A stretch of 63,673 bases of DNA, counting the filler, from Octopus bimaculoides (taxonomy: Eukaryota), in assembly GCF_001194135.2 (NCBI RefSeq). It is 6 parts of 6 records of this genome, joined end to end, with 100 filler letters (N's around TTAATTAATTAA, not from the genome) between each part and the next. Parts side by side here need not be neighbours in the genome. Positions count along the whole stretch, not along the records: positions 15,580 to 25,383 come from NC_068994.1; positions 25,484 to 38,713 come from NC_069000.1; 4 more parts are not named here. The stretch is one strand, 5' to 3'. Below the pieces are notes generated by a model. The model saw only the letters and a list, made by a program, of their open reading frames with translations, ran no database searches and was not told the DNA's origin. Below, in pieces: positions 21,901 to 35,240 of the stretch. Within the stretch, counting starts at the first letter, position 1, and each line of letters opens with the position of its first letter. The position numbers were made by a program, and so were the translations under genes.

Positions 21901-24900
21901 GAATAAGTCGCTATAAGATCGTTGCTTTGGATGAAGATATTTTTTTTTTGTTGTTGGAAATATATTTGTAAAAAATTCAGGGGAGGTAACTATTGACATA
22001 GTCCAAGGGAGATAACTATTTGCTATTAGCTAAACGTAAATACAAAATTAAATTTTCTCTATGAAGATATTACGTGGGTCGGCTGAAAAGTTCATCGGCT
22101 AACCAAGATATTTTCATGGAACCTTTTACTTTTTTCTTGTTTCGATCATTTGACTGCGACCATGCTGGGGCACTACCTTTGAGATTTTTTCTTTAGTCGA
22201 ATGTATCGAACACGGGACTTATTTTTTTTTTAAGACTGACTCCTCCTCTATCGACCCTTTTTCGCCGAACCGCTAGCTTACGAATACGCAAATGGACTCC
22301 TCATTCCCATAATTACCGAACCTGGAGCTTAACTATAGTCTGTCCATAGCACTTACTCAGCATTACCTGACACCTTTGGGTCTTCTTGACACCATTACCT
22401 CTCATCACCTCTCTCTATATATATATTTATATATATATGACGTGTTTCTTTCAGTTTCCATCTACCAAATCCATTCACAATGGCAAACATTGGGAAATAA
22501 GCTTCTTAGCACACAGCCATACCTGTGACAGAATCAGATCTAATTTTCAACATGGTCTCACTTGCGCTATACGCACCAGGTTCTACACAAATTTCTCGAA
22601 AAAAAGCTTATGTTGGACGGTATAATATAAGAATATATGGACAACGAGAATATTGCAGCAAAGCTACGTGATAGTAGTGTCAGACGTGCCATGCAGACCT
22701 TCATATAACTTGTTTGACATGCGCATTGCGTTTCTATTATTCTCTTCCGTTTTACGAATCCCGTGTGCACATGCACATTGCGTATTCATTCTTCTTTCAC
22801 CGGTTCCTACTCAAAACTGTTCACAAATCGCAACCATCTCACGAACCTGCTGTGAGAAAAAAAAAACGGTATAAATTAGCAGATATCTGTTTAATTAAAA
22901 TAATCTACTGTTTTGATATTGTTTTTTGTTTTTCGTTTTCGTAGGTATTATTAAAAACATGGGGAGAATGTGTTTATAAATAACCATTCGGTAAGAGGGG
23001 ACGCTGAGCTCCAGGAAAAAAAAACAGAAAGCCACTGACAAACAAAAATCACGACGTCTCGAATGTTTCAATGTTAACGTTGCGTGGTTTATAATGCTCG
23101 CTACAATGATAGAAAAAAAAAATTCAATAGGTTCAAGGGACATAACTATTGTTCTTATTCAAGGGAGATAATTATTCATAATAGTTAAGCAACTACTGGT
23201 AAAATGTGAAAACATTCTAATTTCAATGTGGCTTTCGTGCTTATACTTGCCTATTATCAAGAATGTTGAATAATAGCCAAAGGAACACGATCACGGGGTT
23301 CCTTCGAGGATATTTGGTTTAGCTTTATTCAACAGAGTGCCTAGTTTCCACAGGTCGACTTGCTACTTTTTTATGGACACGGGATTAGAATGTCACAGGA
23401 ACGAATCGCAAGATTGATTCTTCAAAGCGAGTTAACCAGTAATAGATTTAATGGTATACTAAGAATGAGACAATCGGATAATCTTCTACTATGATAATAC
23501 TCTAGATTTTTACTCCGTCACAACATATGAATGAGAAAGGAAGGGGTGATAGATGAATAAAGCCCAATGACTGAAACGAAGATTATAATAAACAACGTTT
23601 CGTTTCATTCTAGTTTTTCTCTGTTAGCAACCACTTGCCGTACCACTGCTGCTACTATAGTATGATCTCTACCAACTGTTGGTAGTATGATATATGTTAA
23701 AAATCATTAAACATTTATTGTATAAAATGAAAGGAGCATACGGTAGGTCGCGAAAAGCAAGGTAGATATCATTGTAGTAAGTAATATTTAGTCTTCGTTT
23801 CAGTATTTCAAGTAAACCTTGCTGCTGTTTTTAAGTATTCCCCATTTCTTCGTAAATATTCTGTAATTCTCCACATTTACCTGTTTATTTCTTTTTAATT
23901 CTAATTTTTATTTGTAAGAAGATGGGGTGAGGAGTAACTTATAACAAATCTATCATTTTCTGTGCGGTAGATTTTGCTGCAAAAAATGTTAAGCTGAAAC
24001 AAAAGTGTGAAAAGTAAAATTGTTTTACTGAAAAACGAAACGCTGCAACGCTAACCTATTACGTGTTTGCGAAACACAATGTCTACCGCATGTAAACATT
24101 GCCTCCCTTGCAATAAGTAACTAGAAAATCGTAGCATCGTAAGTTCTGCCACTTTTTGCCAAATAATTACTATAAAAGCTCGACACACAAATATAAGATA
24201 TAAGAGAGAGAAAGAGAACAGAAATGTATTTCAGTTCTCTCTCTCTTTCCTGTTGTACGATTGATGATTTCCCTTAAACTTTAAAAATGGAAAACATCAA
24301 CCATTTTATAGGTTTCGTTTCACCATGTATTTCTCACTTTCTCTGTATTATATTTTTACATTTCCGTCATCATATGTCGTAAATAATATTCAGTTTATTT
24401 CTTTACTACAATGATTATCTATATTTATGTAGATTGTGGTTGTCTTTGTTTTTGTAATAACAATATTGTTTTTAACAATCTATTGTCACTTTTATTGGTT
24501 AAAATTTTTTTTTAAGATCATCTTGCTTACTGCACCAGTTAAAAACTTCTTCGTTCCGTTTCATTTTAGTGTATTTGAACGTTCTTCGTTTCGTTTCGTT
24601 TATTTTTTAAATCTACATATTTTATCCTCTCACCACCTTTCTCCTCGCGGTTCTTAAAGAAGGCTAACCTTCATTCACTTGAGGAGAGTTTCATGGAAGA
24701 ACACTCTTAATTATCCTTGCTGAATGACTAATGACGCTTTAAACAGTTAGTAACATAGATTTTTTTATTATTATTTCATTTATACTCTTTTCTATTTTTT
24801 GCAATATACGTGTAGTTATTATAGCTTTTACGGTCTTAAATTTTGGTCTTTTCACTGCGCCTCTTGTGAATCTAAATTATAATTTAATTCGTGGCTGGAC

Positions 24901-25800
24901 ATCAATATGCTAAATATTACTATTATTGATCCAAACGAAATACTGGACATTATTACTGCAATATACCAAGATATTTTGGGCAGTTTTTAATTTAGTACGT
25001 TCTCACTAATTGGACTTTGTATTGTGTGGTGATTACTATGGGCGGTTATGTTCTCAATTAAAATCCTCCGACGTCTACTTCAACTTTTAGACTGATAAAA
25101 TAAGTACCAGTTTAGTACTGGAATCGATATCATCGAACTAGCTTTCTGTCCTATAATTTTAGGTTTAGTGCGCGTATAGAAAAGAAATATAAATTCTGTT
25201 GAATGGTTATACAAAAGCATTGAATTCTCGACAGTTTTTTATATATGAATGAATGCTGCGCAGAAACCTACCTTGACTTATTTCAAACAAGTAACATTGT
25301 AACGGTTACCGATCTATAAAAATATAATAAACGCAGATTTGTAAAATTATCCGTTAGGATAGGCTTTTTTTTTTTAACTCGCTNNNNNNNNNNNNNNNNN
25401 NNNNNNNNNNNNNNNNNNNNNNNNNNNTTAATTAATTAANNNNNNNNNNNNNNNNNNNNNNNNNNNNNNNNNNNNNNNNNNNNTGTAAAAGTTAACAATT
25501 ATTTTAAATGTGTGTAAAACAGTTTCTGAACTAGATCTTGCTGTGTTTAAGACACACACACACACACACACGCACACACACACACAGAGAAACACACACA
25601 CACACACACGCACACATATACTTGCGCGCACGAACACACACACGCACACAACAAACGCACACATACATGTATACACACGCATGCACATATATACATACAT
25701 AGACGTTTGTAACTGTTTGATGAATGTATGTGGTAGACATTTTGTATACTCAACGCACTCCAGAGACTTGTATTTCCAAAAGCTTTTGGTCACCATCACA

Positions 25801-25845
<45 letters not shown>

Positions 25846-26492
25846 NNNNNNNNNNNNNNNNNNNNNNNNNNNNNNNNNNNNNNNNNNNNNNNNNNNNNNN
25901 NNNNNNNNNNNNNNNNNNNNNNNNNNNNNNNNNNNNNNNNNNNNNNNNNNNNNNNNNNNNNNNNNNNNNNNNNNNNNNNNNNNNNNNNNNNNNNNNNNNN
26001 NNNNNNNNNNNNNNNNNNNNNNNNNNNNNNNNNNNNNNNNNNNNNNNNNNNNNNNNNNNNNNNNNNNNNNNNNNNNNNNNNNNNNNNNNNNNNNNNNNNN
26101 NNNNNNNNNNNNNNNNNNNNNNNNNNNNNNNNNNNNNNNNNNNNNNNNNNNNNNNNNNNNNNNNNNNNNNNNNNNNNNNNNNNNNNNNNNNNNNNNNNNN
26201 NNNNNNNNNNNNNNNNNNNNNNNNNNNNNNNNNNNNNNNNNNNNNNNNNNNNNNNNNNNNNNNNNNNNNNNNNNNNNNNNNNNNNNNNNNNNNNNNNNNN
26301 NNNNNNNNNNNNNNNNNNNNNNNNNNNNNNNNNNNNNNNNNNNNNNNNNNNNNNNNNNNNNNNNNNNNNNNNNNNNNNNNNNNNNNNNNNNNNNNNNNNN
26401 NNNNNNNNNNNNNNNNNNNNNNNNNNNNNNNNNNNNNNNNNNNNNNNNNNNNNNNNNNNNNNNNNNNNNNNNNNNNNNNNNNNNNNNNNNNN

Positions 26493-26526
<34 letters not shown>

Positions 26527-27377
26527 ATATATGTATATATATATTTGTACATATATATATATTTGTATATATATATATATTATTTTTTATATACATATAT
26601 ATATATATTTATGTGTATGTATAGGGATATATATATATATATACATACACACGCACACACACACATATATCCTCTGAAAAACAGTTAATGTAAAATGAAA
26701 AATGAGGTTAAGTTTGAACGAATGTACGTATGTATGTATGTATGTATGTATATATGTATGTATGTACGGATGTATGAATGCATGTATGTATATATGCATA
26801 CCCTGTATGTGTTTTTCTCGTATGTCCAAGTGTACGTATTCATGTTTGCGCGCATGCGTGTCAGAGAAACAAAGGGAGGAGGCAAAGTGAACCTTCTTAC
26901 CTTGAAGGCTGCTCTGTCGAATAAATACAGAGAAAGAGGTTTCCCTTGCAACTCTCTCAGTCCAGTGCAAATCTTTCTCAAGCCAATAAAAGCTGTCAGT
27001 ATCAATGACCTGCTGTGTGTTACGCGGGGACATTGATAGGTCGAACACCGTTTCAATTGCTCCAACGCTGCAGGAAGTACCTACCAGACATCATCCACTC
27101 ATGTGTTTGTTGCTTACAGTTTCAAATAAATAAATAAACAAATAAATAAATAAAGGAGATATTTGATAATATAAAAACAAAGAAAATATAAAAAAAAAGC
27201 TTATAGCAAGTTTTTAGCCATTGTTGCTGTTGAGCGTTGTTACGAAAGAAAAGTCTGTTGAAAATGAATGGAGAATAGGGGTGGCCGGGTGGATTTTGTG
27301 GAAAGAACGCAAGAAATGAAAGAGAGAGAGAGAGAGAGAACAGGTGAGGATGAGAGAAATAAAGTGAATATGAAATA

Positions 27378-27414
<37 letters not shown>

Positions 27415-28009
27415 ACACCCACACACACAAGCAGACAAACAGGTAGAGACTGAGAGGNNNNNNNNNNAAAAGAGAGAGAGAAAGAGAGAGAGAGAGAAAA
27501 AGAGAGAGAAAGAGAGAGAGAGAAAAACAAGGCGTGAGTGTATATGAGTGTATTGTAGCCAACTAGTTTTCTTTTGTGTGTGTTACCTCTGTGTGTGTGT
27601 GTGAATGCGTGTGTTCGACAATATAAAATCGATATAATTTTATATAGTTTTGATGAATTAAACTAAGACCCAAAATATTAAGATATGTATTAAATAGCCG
27701 AGATACGTACGTGTTTTTGATATTTGTGTTTATTTACAAAGAATGTAAGTATAAAATAACTTTCTAAAGTTAAGGGACAAAAATGAAGGAATATTTGAAA
27801 TTAATTTTTAAGCAAACGAAAAACGGACGAAGTGAGACATGAAATGTAAATAATAATTAATTGAAATATATATTTTCAGTATAGCAGCAAAGTTAGCAAA
27901 ACACCGGGTTTTTATTGAAAGTAATGCAACCTCAACTACGGCTTCATCACTTCTGAAGGAGGAATCCCTCTTTGAACTCCTCCCCCCTCTATCTCTCTCT
28001 TTCTCTCTC

Positions 28010-28233
28010 TTTGGTCAGTCGTAGCCATGTAGACCCCTGGTAGCAGGTGAGATCATCACGCTATCTTGTTTTTGATCGGCCTCTTAATATTGTCCATTGT
28101 CTTGGTGTCTATTCCGTCAGCCTGATTGTCCATCTGTTGTCCTTCAGGCTCACAATGTGGCCAGCCCATCTATATTTGTTTTTCTTGATGGTTCTTATGA
28201 TGTCGTTGACTCTTGAGTGATGTAGAATCCAGT
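28010..28233 (-). mobile_element. RTE-type LINE C-terminal fragment
   Basis: SRVNDIIRTIKKNKYRWAGHIVSLKDNRWTIRLTE*TPRQWTILRGRSKTR*RDDL, matching the RWAGH..R.DNRW...RGRP..RW.DD pattern. Confidence 0.8.
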
Positions 28234-28269
28234 GGACATAATTATATTTTATTATTTGATGTAAGTCAC

Positions 28270-28520
28270 TAAAATTTCACATGTTGGTAGAATAAATTCT
28301 TCCTCTACGGCGAGATACTACTCAACATGTTCTCCATCACCAAACGATATCTTTCCACCATTGTTGAACGCAACTCTCGAATCCTATTTGAAAAAAAAAA
28401 AAAAATCAAACGTGCACAGCTGTAGCCATTTCTTCACAGTTTCTTCAATCTTTTCTGTGTCATCAAATCGTTGTTCCTGAAGGCTGTCCTTCAGTGAACT
28501 GAATAGTGGCATCTGGAGGA
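28270..28520 (-). mobile_element. Mariner transposase C-terminal relic
   Basis: PPD.HLFSSLKDSLQEQRFDDTEKIEETVKKWLQ resembles mariner APSDxHLFxxLKxxLxGxRF; frameshifted. Confidence 0.75.
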
Positions 28521-29957
28521 CATAACACAAGGGTTGTACGTTAGGATTTGTTGTATGTTATATTTGTTACCAATGGTATATGTGGTTGTGCATTGTTATA
28601 ATGATTATGGATTCTGTTGAGATTCTTATTCGCTCTATTCCTTCTAATGTCTTTTCTAAGCTTTTTTTCGGTGTCTCAGCGTATGGCTCGCTGTTTACGG
28701 TACAACCGTATTCCAGAAATTCAAGGAGAATCTTCCGGCTGTTTACGTTATGTGTTCAAATCCCGCCTAGGTCAATCTTGCATTTCATCCCTTCGGGATC
28801 AATAAAATAAAATACCAGTCAACTACTGGGGTGGATGTAATCGACTCGTCCCCTCCCGTCAAAAAAATTNNNNNNNNNNNNNNNNNNNNNNNNNNNNNNN
28901 NNNNNNNNNNNNNNNNNNNNNNNNNNNNNNNNNNNNNNNNNNNNNNNNNNNNNNNNNNNNNNNNNNNNNNNNNNNNNNNNNNNNNNNNNNNNNNNNNNNN
29001 NNNNNNNNNNNNNNNNNNNNNNNNNNNNNNNNNNNNNNNNNNNNNNNNNNNNNNNNNNNNNNNNNNNNNNNNNNNNNNNNNNNNNNNNNNNNNNNNNNNN
29101 NNNNNNNNNNNNNNNNNNNNNNNNNNNNNNNNNNNNNNNNNNNNNNNNNNNNNNNNNNNNNNNNNNNNNNNNNNNNNNNNNNNNNNNNNNNNNNNNNNNN
29201 NNNNNNNNNNNNNNNNNNNNNNNNNNNNNNNNNNNNNNNNNNNNNNNNNNNNNNNNNNNNNNNNNNNNNNNNNNNNNNNNNNNNNNNNNNNNNNNNNNNN
29301 NNNNNNNNNNNNNNNNNNNNNNNNNNNNNNNNNNNNNNNNNNNNNNNNNNNNNNNNNNNNNNNNNNNNNNNNNNNNNNNNNNNNNNNNNNNNNNNNNNNN
29401 NNNNNNNNNNNNNNNNNNNNNNNNNNNNNNNNNNNNNNNNNNNNNNNNNNNNNNNNNNNNNNNNNNNNNNNNNNNGTGTGTGTGTGTGATTATATATATA
29501 TATGATTACATATGATATATATATATATGTGAAATATATATATATATATTTACATATATGTATGTATGTACACACTCACACACACACACATATATGTATG
29601 TATGTATATATGAAATTAAATAAAAGACAAAAGAATAAGAATTAAGTAATCGAATTCATTAGCTTACAGTTGTTTCTGTTATAAGATGCCGTGCACTCAG
29701 AGTTGAGTGTTTCTGCAGCATAATTATAGCTTCCTCGGAGCTTGGAGAAAGCTATGAGGTAATGCTCACGCTCTCAACTTTAAATGCCCTTCATCTTATT
29801 ACGCAAATAGCTGCAAGCTGATAAGGTTCATTGCATCATTTCCTATTCCATTGTCCTTTATTAAAATTACGTATTACACTCTGTACTCGACTAACGCTTT
29901 AATCTGAAGCGTATCTACATTGAGTTCGGTAACGTTGCTACGTCGAAGGGCAATCTT

Positions 29958-30277
29958 GTGCGCGTGGCTTAGTGGTTAGGGTATTCGGGTCATGATCATA
30001 AGGTCATGAGTTCGATTCCTGGCGACGCGTTGTGTCCTTGAATAAGACACTTTATTTCACGTCGTTCCAGTTCACTCAGCTGACAAAAATGAATAATATC
30101 TGTACTTCACAGGGCCGGCCTTGTTATATTCTGTGTCGCACTGAATCTCCCTGTGAACAACGTTAAGTGTACACGCGTCTGTGGACATTAATTGCACATT
30201 AATTTCACGAACAGGCTGTCCAGTAGATCGGATCAACTGGAGCCCTCGTTGTTGTAACCGAAGGAGTTCCACTTATA
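29958..30277 (+). mobile_element. SINE-C (working name), tRNA-type SINE
   Basis: A-box TGGCTTAGTGG, B-box GAGTTCGATTCC, then GTTGTGTCCTTGA..AAGACACTTTATTTCAC. Other copies at 32542-32854(-), 36900-37140(+), 21420-21560(-), 3925-4060(+). Confidence 0.85.
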
Positions 30278-30442
30278 NNNNNNNNNNNNNNNNNNNNNNN
30301 NNNNNNNNNNNNNNNNNNNNNNNNNNNNNNNNNNNNNNNNNNNNNNNNNNNNNNNNNNNNNNNNNNNNNNNNNNNNNNNNNNNNNNNNNNNNNNNNTATA
30401 TATATGCATACATACATACACGCACACACAGACACATGTATA

Positions 30443-30473
<31 letters not shown>

Positions 30474-30616
30474 ATACATGCACTTATTATCACGCATACA
30501 CACAAACATATACAGACGTTACATATATAAATATATGCAGTCATGACTGGCTATGGACGCCATATATCAGTATGTATGTATATAATATATGAGGTCCGTA
30601 TGTATGTGTGTTTGTA

Positions 30617-30677
<61 letters not shown>

Positions 30678-30797
30678 NNNNNNNNNNNNNNNNNNNNNNN
30701 NNNNNNNNNNNNNNNNNNNNNNNNNNNNNNNNNNNNNNNNNNNNNNNNNNNNNNNNNNNNNNNNNNNNNNNNNNNNNNNNNNNNNNNNNNNNNNNNN

Positions 30798-30850
<53 letters not shown>

Positions 30851-31261
30851 AAAGAACCAGACATAAAATGAATACCGCTGTAGATTTGTGTAACTAAACT
30901 GTTCCGACTGGTGCAGCAGCTTATCTATAACTAGGCTAAGTCCTTGGTTGACCGTGTAAAGTTAAATAATGCCTGATGATGGTAAAATTGAATAATAACA
31001 TTGTAATCATTTATGAGTACATTGAATAAAAATCTACCGAAACACCTGTCGCTAATTTAAAAGCCATTTCTGTATATACATGTAGCTGAAATTTACAGAA
31101 AAACAAAAGACGAAGCAGGTGTATTAGTTGGACGCTCGGGAAAGTGAAAGTGTCTTTTACGTTTCGAGCCTTCGCTCTTCAACAGAAAGGAATAAGAAAA
31201 AAATAAACAGAGAGAGAATAAAAAAAAAACAACTTGTGGATTCAAACGATATATATAAAAT

Positions 31262-31700
31262 TAAAATAAGAGTATACAAATCTTGTATTTTGGAGCAAAC
31301 TTTTGTATGGGCTGAAGCATGGACTCCCCACTATAGGCATATAAAGAAGCTTGAAACCTTCCACATGTGCTGTTTGCGTAACATATGATATCCAATGCCT
31401 AAATCTCAGAAAAATTTGATATCTCCAGTATCCAAAGCATGTCGATGAGAATCCAGAGCTGATGGGTAGGACATGTTCGAAAGAAAAATGACCGCATTCC
31501 GAAAATTCTTCTGTATGGCCAACAAGTGGTGGGATATCGCGACAAAGGTAGACCTCTCCTTAGGTATAAGGATAAGTTGAAACAATCCCTTGGGAAAGTC
31601 ATTGCCTGGATCGATGTGCATGGAGGGAAATGAGTCACAATTAATCCAAATAATTTGAGTTGAAGAAAAAGAACAACAGAAGAACTATATCCTGCAATCA
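31262..31700 (+). mobile_element. RTE-clade LINE 3' fragment
   Basis: KIRVYKSCILEQTFVWAEAWTPHYRHIKKLETFHMCCLRNI...WVGHVR..NDRIPKILLYGQ....RDKGRPLLRYKDKLKQSL. Confidence 0.85.
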
Positions 31701-31872
31701 GCAGACACACTTGCCCAATCCCAGGCAAAATCAAATTCATCAGAGCCCCCATTGTGACTTCATAGCAAAATCCATTCCTGGGTTGAAATCACATTCAAGC
31801 ATCCGTCGCTAATACATGCAGCTTCTGTTTTCTTTTCTTCCGATTACTCTTCTCTTGTGGCTAGTTTCTGTT

Positions 31873-31925
<53 letters not shown>

Positions 31926-31934
31926 GCTTACATA

Positions 31935-31984
<50 letters not shown>

Positions 31985-32426
31985 ATCATTATGTACCGAT
32001 GAAATATGATTCAATATTCTTTAATTCTAACCACATATATAAAATAGGTTACTCATTATCTATTTATTTGCTTGCATATTTATTATTATCTATGATTTTC
32101 TTTTAACGATATCTCGTTTATTAATATAATTTTGAAAACCATTTATACTGGGTTACGTGCTTATAAGCACCTGAGATTTAACTGTCGAAATTGTTTAGCG
32201 TATTTTAGTACAATATAATATAATATAATATAATATGATATAATATAGTAAGACATAATATGTGATATAATATGATATACTTCTTTTTCATTCTGGCACA
32301 AAGCTAGCAATTTTGAGGGGAGTGGTAAGTTGATTACATTGACCCCAGTGATCAACTAAGAATTTGTTCGACGCGCTAACGGTTCTGCAAGCTCGCCATC
32401 ATATATTATAAACAGATACAGACACA

Positions 32427-32462
<36 letters not shown>

Positions 32463-32541
32463 ATATATATGTATATGTGTGTATCCAGAATTGTTTTTAC
32501 TTTATTATTCTATAATATACATACATATATATATAAAGGAG

Positions 32542-32854
32542 AACTCCATCGGTTGCGACGACGAGGGTCCCAGCTGATACGATCAACGGAACAGCTTGCT
32601 CGTGAAATCAATTTACAAGTGGCTGAGCACTCCACAGACACGTGTACTCTTAACAGAGTTCTCAGGGAGATTCAGCGTGACACAGAGTGTGACAAGGCTG
32701 GCCCCTTTGAATTACTGGTACTACTCATTTTTGCGAGTAGACTGGAGCAATGTGAAATAAAGTGTCTTGCTCAAGGACACAATGCGTCACGGGGAATTGA
32801 ACTCATGACCTTACGATTGTGAGCCGAATGCCCTAACCACTAAGCCACGCGCCT
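32542..32854 (-). mobile_element. SINE-C copy
   Basis: Reverse complement of 29958-30277. Confidence 0.87.
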
Positions 32855-33189
32855 TAACACCACATACACGCGCGCGCGCACACATACACACACATTAGAA
32901 TCTTGTTTATTTTGTTTCATAGCTCGAAGTGTGTGTATGTGGGGGAAGGGGGTGTCGAGTTTTCTGTTTTTCCTTTTCTTTTTCCTGATTATTAAGGAAA
33001 CATTTATTAAATTAAAAACACATTCCAGTTCACATTTATAAGAAAAAAGATATGTTTTATACGCTGAAAAACATTTAATATATCTGTGTAATTTCGAAAT
33101 ATATCGAAGAAGGATGTAAAAAAAACAAAACAAAAACAAAAATAACTATACACATAACCATCCATACTCACAAGCAAACACAAGAGTAC

Positions 33190-33194
33190 CAGTA

Positions 33195-33252
<58 letters not shown>

Positions 33253-33438
33253 TATATATACACATATACATATATATACACACACATATATACACACATA
33301 CACACACACATATATATATATGCACACACACACACATATATATATACGTTTATATATATATGTACATATGTATGGATATATATGTCTATATATGTGTATA
33401 TATGTGTACAGATATGCTTGTGTGTATGTGTGTGTGTA

Positions 33439-33487
<49 letters not shown>

Positions 33488-33570
33488 NNNNNNNNNNNNN
33501 NNNNNNNNNNNNNNNNNNNNNNNNNTATATATATACACATACATACATACATACATACGTACATACATAC

Positions 33571-33612
<42 letters not shown>

Positions 33613-33680
33613 GCGTGTGTGGATATGCATGTGTATGTACACACACACGCACGCACATACACACACACACACACATTGCC
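33190..33680. repeat. Compound (TA)n/(CA)n/(TACA)n microsatellite
   Basis: Visible simple repeats; source of several spurious ORFs. Confidence 0.95.
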
Positions 33681-33829
33681 ATAACACAAAAGTTATATAA
33701 CAGAAATAATATTCTTCTTTGATTAGTCGGGGGGAAAAACTCCCCCAATATGTTATTAGCACGGAGAGGAGTAAAGTGGATTAATGTGTGGTGCGTGCTA
33801 ATGGTGTTTATGCGGTGTTCCTGTGAATA

Positions 33830-34060
33830 TTAGGCATAGTTGTATCTCTCTTCTAGTTTATCCTTTACTTATTTCTGTCATTCGACTGTGGCCATGCTTG
33901 GGCACCACCTATAAGAATTTTAGTCGGCCGAATCACCCCCGCACCGCACATATATCTATGCATAGTGGTTTTAGTGGAAGACACCTTTCCAAGGTACTGC
34001 GTAGTAGGACTGAACCCGAAACCATATAATTTGAAAGCCTGCTTCTTTACCATATACACT
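33830..34060 (-). mobile_element. SINE-B, internally deleted
   Basis: TCATTCGACTGTGGCCATGCT...AGACACCTTTCCAAGGT.CTGCGTAGTAGGACTGAACCCG. Confidence 0.7.
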
Positions 34061-34829
34061 CATGATAGTTAGAAATATTGAATGGAAATAGAAAGGGATC
34101 ACTAGTGACTAGTCTCACCTAGAATTAAGCCGATAGGTGGTAATACCTGAAAGGTTGGGTCAAGGTAATAAATACCTGAACCATATCGTATTATCGTCTG
34201 ACTATCGAGTCCTCAACTAAATTGCATATGATTACACCAGAAATTGCGAATTCTGTACTCTCAGGATGTGAAAATATTTATCTCTGCACCGTGATCTTTG
34301 GATGCTGTGATTAATGATGTGAAGACATACGGTGAGGTTGAGAAATCGTCAGGATTTCCTAGATGTTGAGCAGATGTGGCTGTCTTTCAGGAAACATTTT
34401 CACATTCATTTAAATCGAGCATAGCCCAAAATTAGCTCTGGCAAGTAGAATACGGTCGTACGTTCACAGTCCTCAATCAGTGGGGCCAATGGAACGTCTG
34501 AGGATGGTTAGTGGTTGACATTACCATAATTTTCTGAGGGATCCCTGGGTGTCAATGAAGATCAACAAGAAAATATTTTCAAGAGGACTTCCAGCTCGGC
34601 AATGCATTCGTGGAGATTTTGGCAATGCATTCGTCTTAGCAATGCATTCGTGGAGATTTTGCTGGTTTAGCATAAACTTTATAGGCATACCAATAAGCCA
34701 ATTTCTTCCAGCATACAAGGAGAGTAAGAAATTCGTACCCGAAGCACCCGTTCAGTGTCCGAATTTTGCTAGAAATGTACCACGGGATAACGATTTTACC
34801 AGCTCGTTGTCCTGCAATAGAATATATAA

Positions 34830-35240
34830 TTGACAAGGCCAGAAATTTGAGGAGTAGAAAAGTCGATTACTTCGACCCCAATATTCAGCTGGTACTTATT
34901 TTATAGACCCAGAAAGGATGAAAGATAAAGTCGACTTCAGCGGAATTTGAACTCAGAACTTGAAAACGGACGAGATGCCGCTAAGCATTTTGTCCTGTGT
35001 GATAACTATTTTGCCAGTTCGTTGTCTTACAGTACAACACATAATTGACAAGGCTAGCAATTTGACGGATAGGAATGTCGATTACCTTGACCCCAGTGCT
35101 CAGCTGGTACTTATTTTATAGACCACGAAAGGATGAAAGGTAAAGTCGACTTCAGTGGAATTTGAACTCAGAACGTAAAGACGAATGAAACGCTGCTAAG
35201 CATTTTGCCCGGTGTGCTAACGATTCTGCCAGCTCGACGC
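34830..35240 (-). mobile_element. Two tandem SINE-A copies (~34830-35030 and ~35040-35240)
   Basis: Both contain the reverse-strand CAGCTGGTACTTATTTTATAGAC...AAAGTCGACTTCAG.GGAATTTGAACTCAGAAC. Confidence 0.85.

Noticed and set aside
29958-30040. tRNA gene
   Set aside because: A and B boxes are present, but there is no full cloverleaf and it continues into a multi-copy SINE body.
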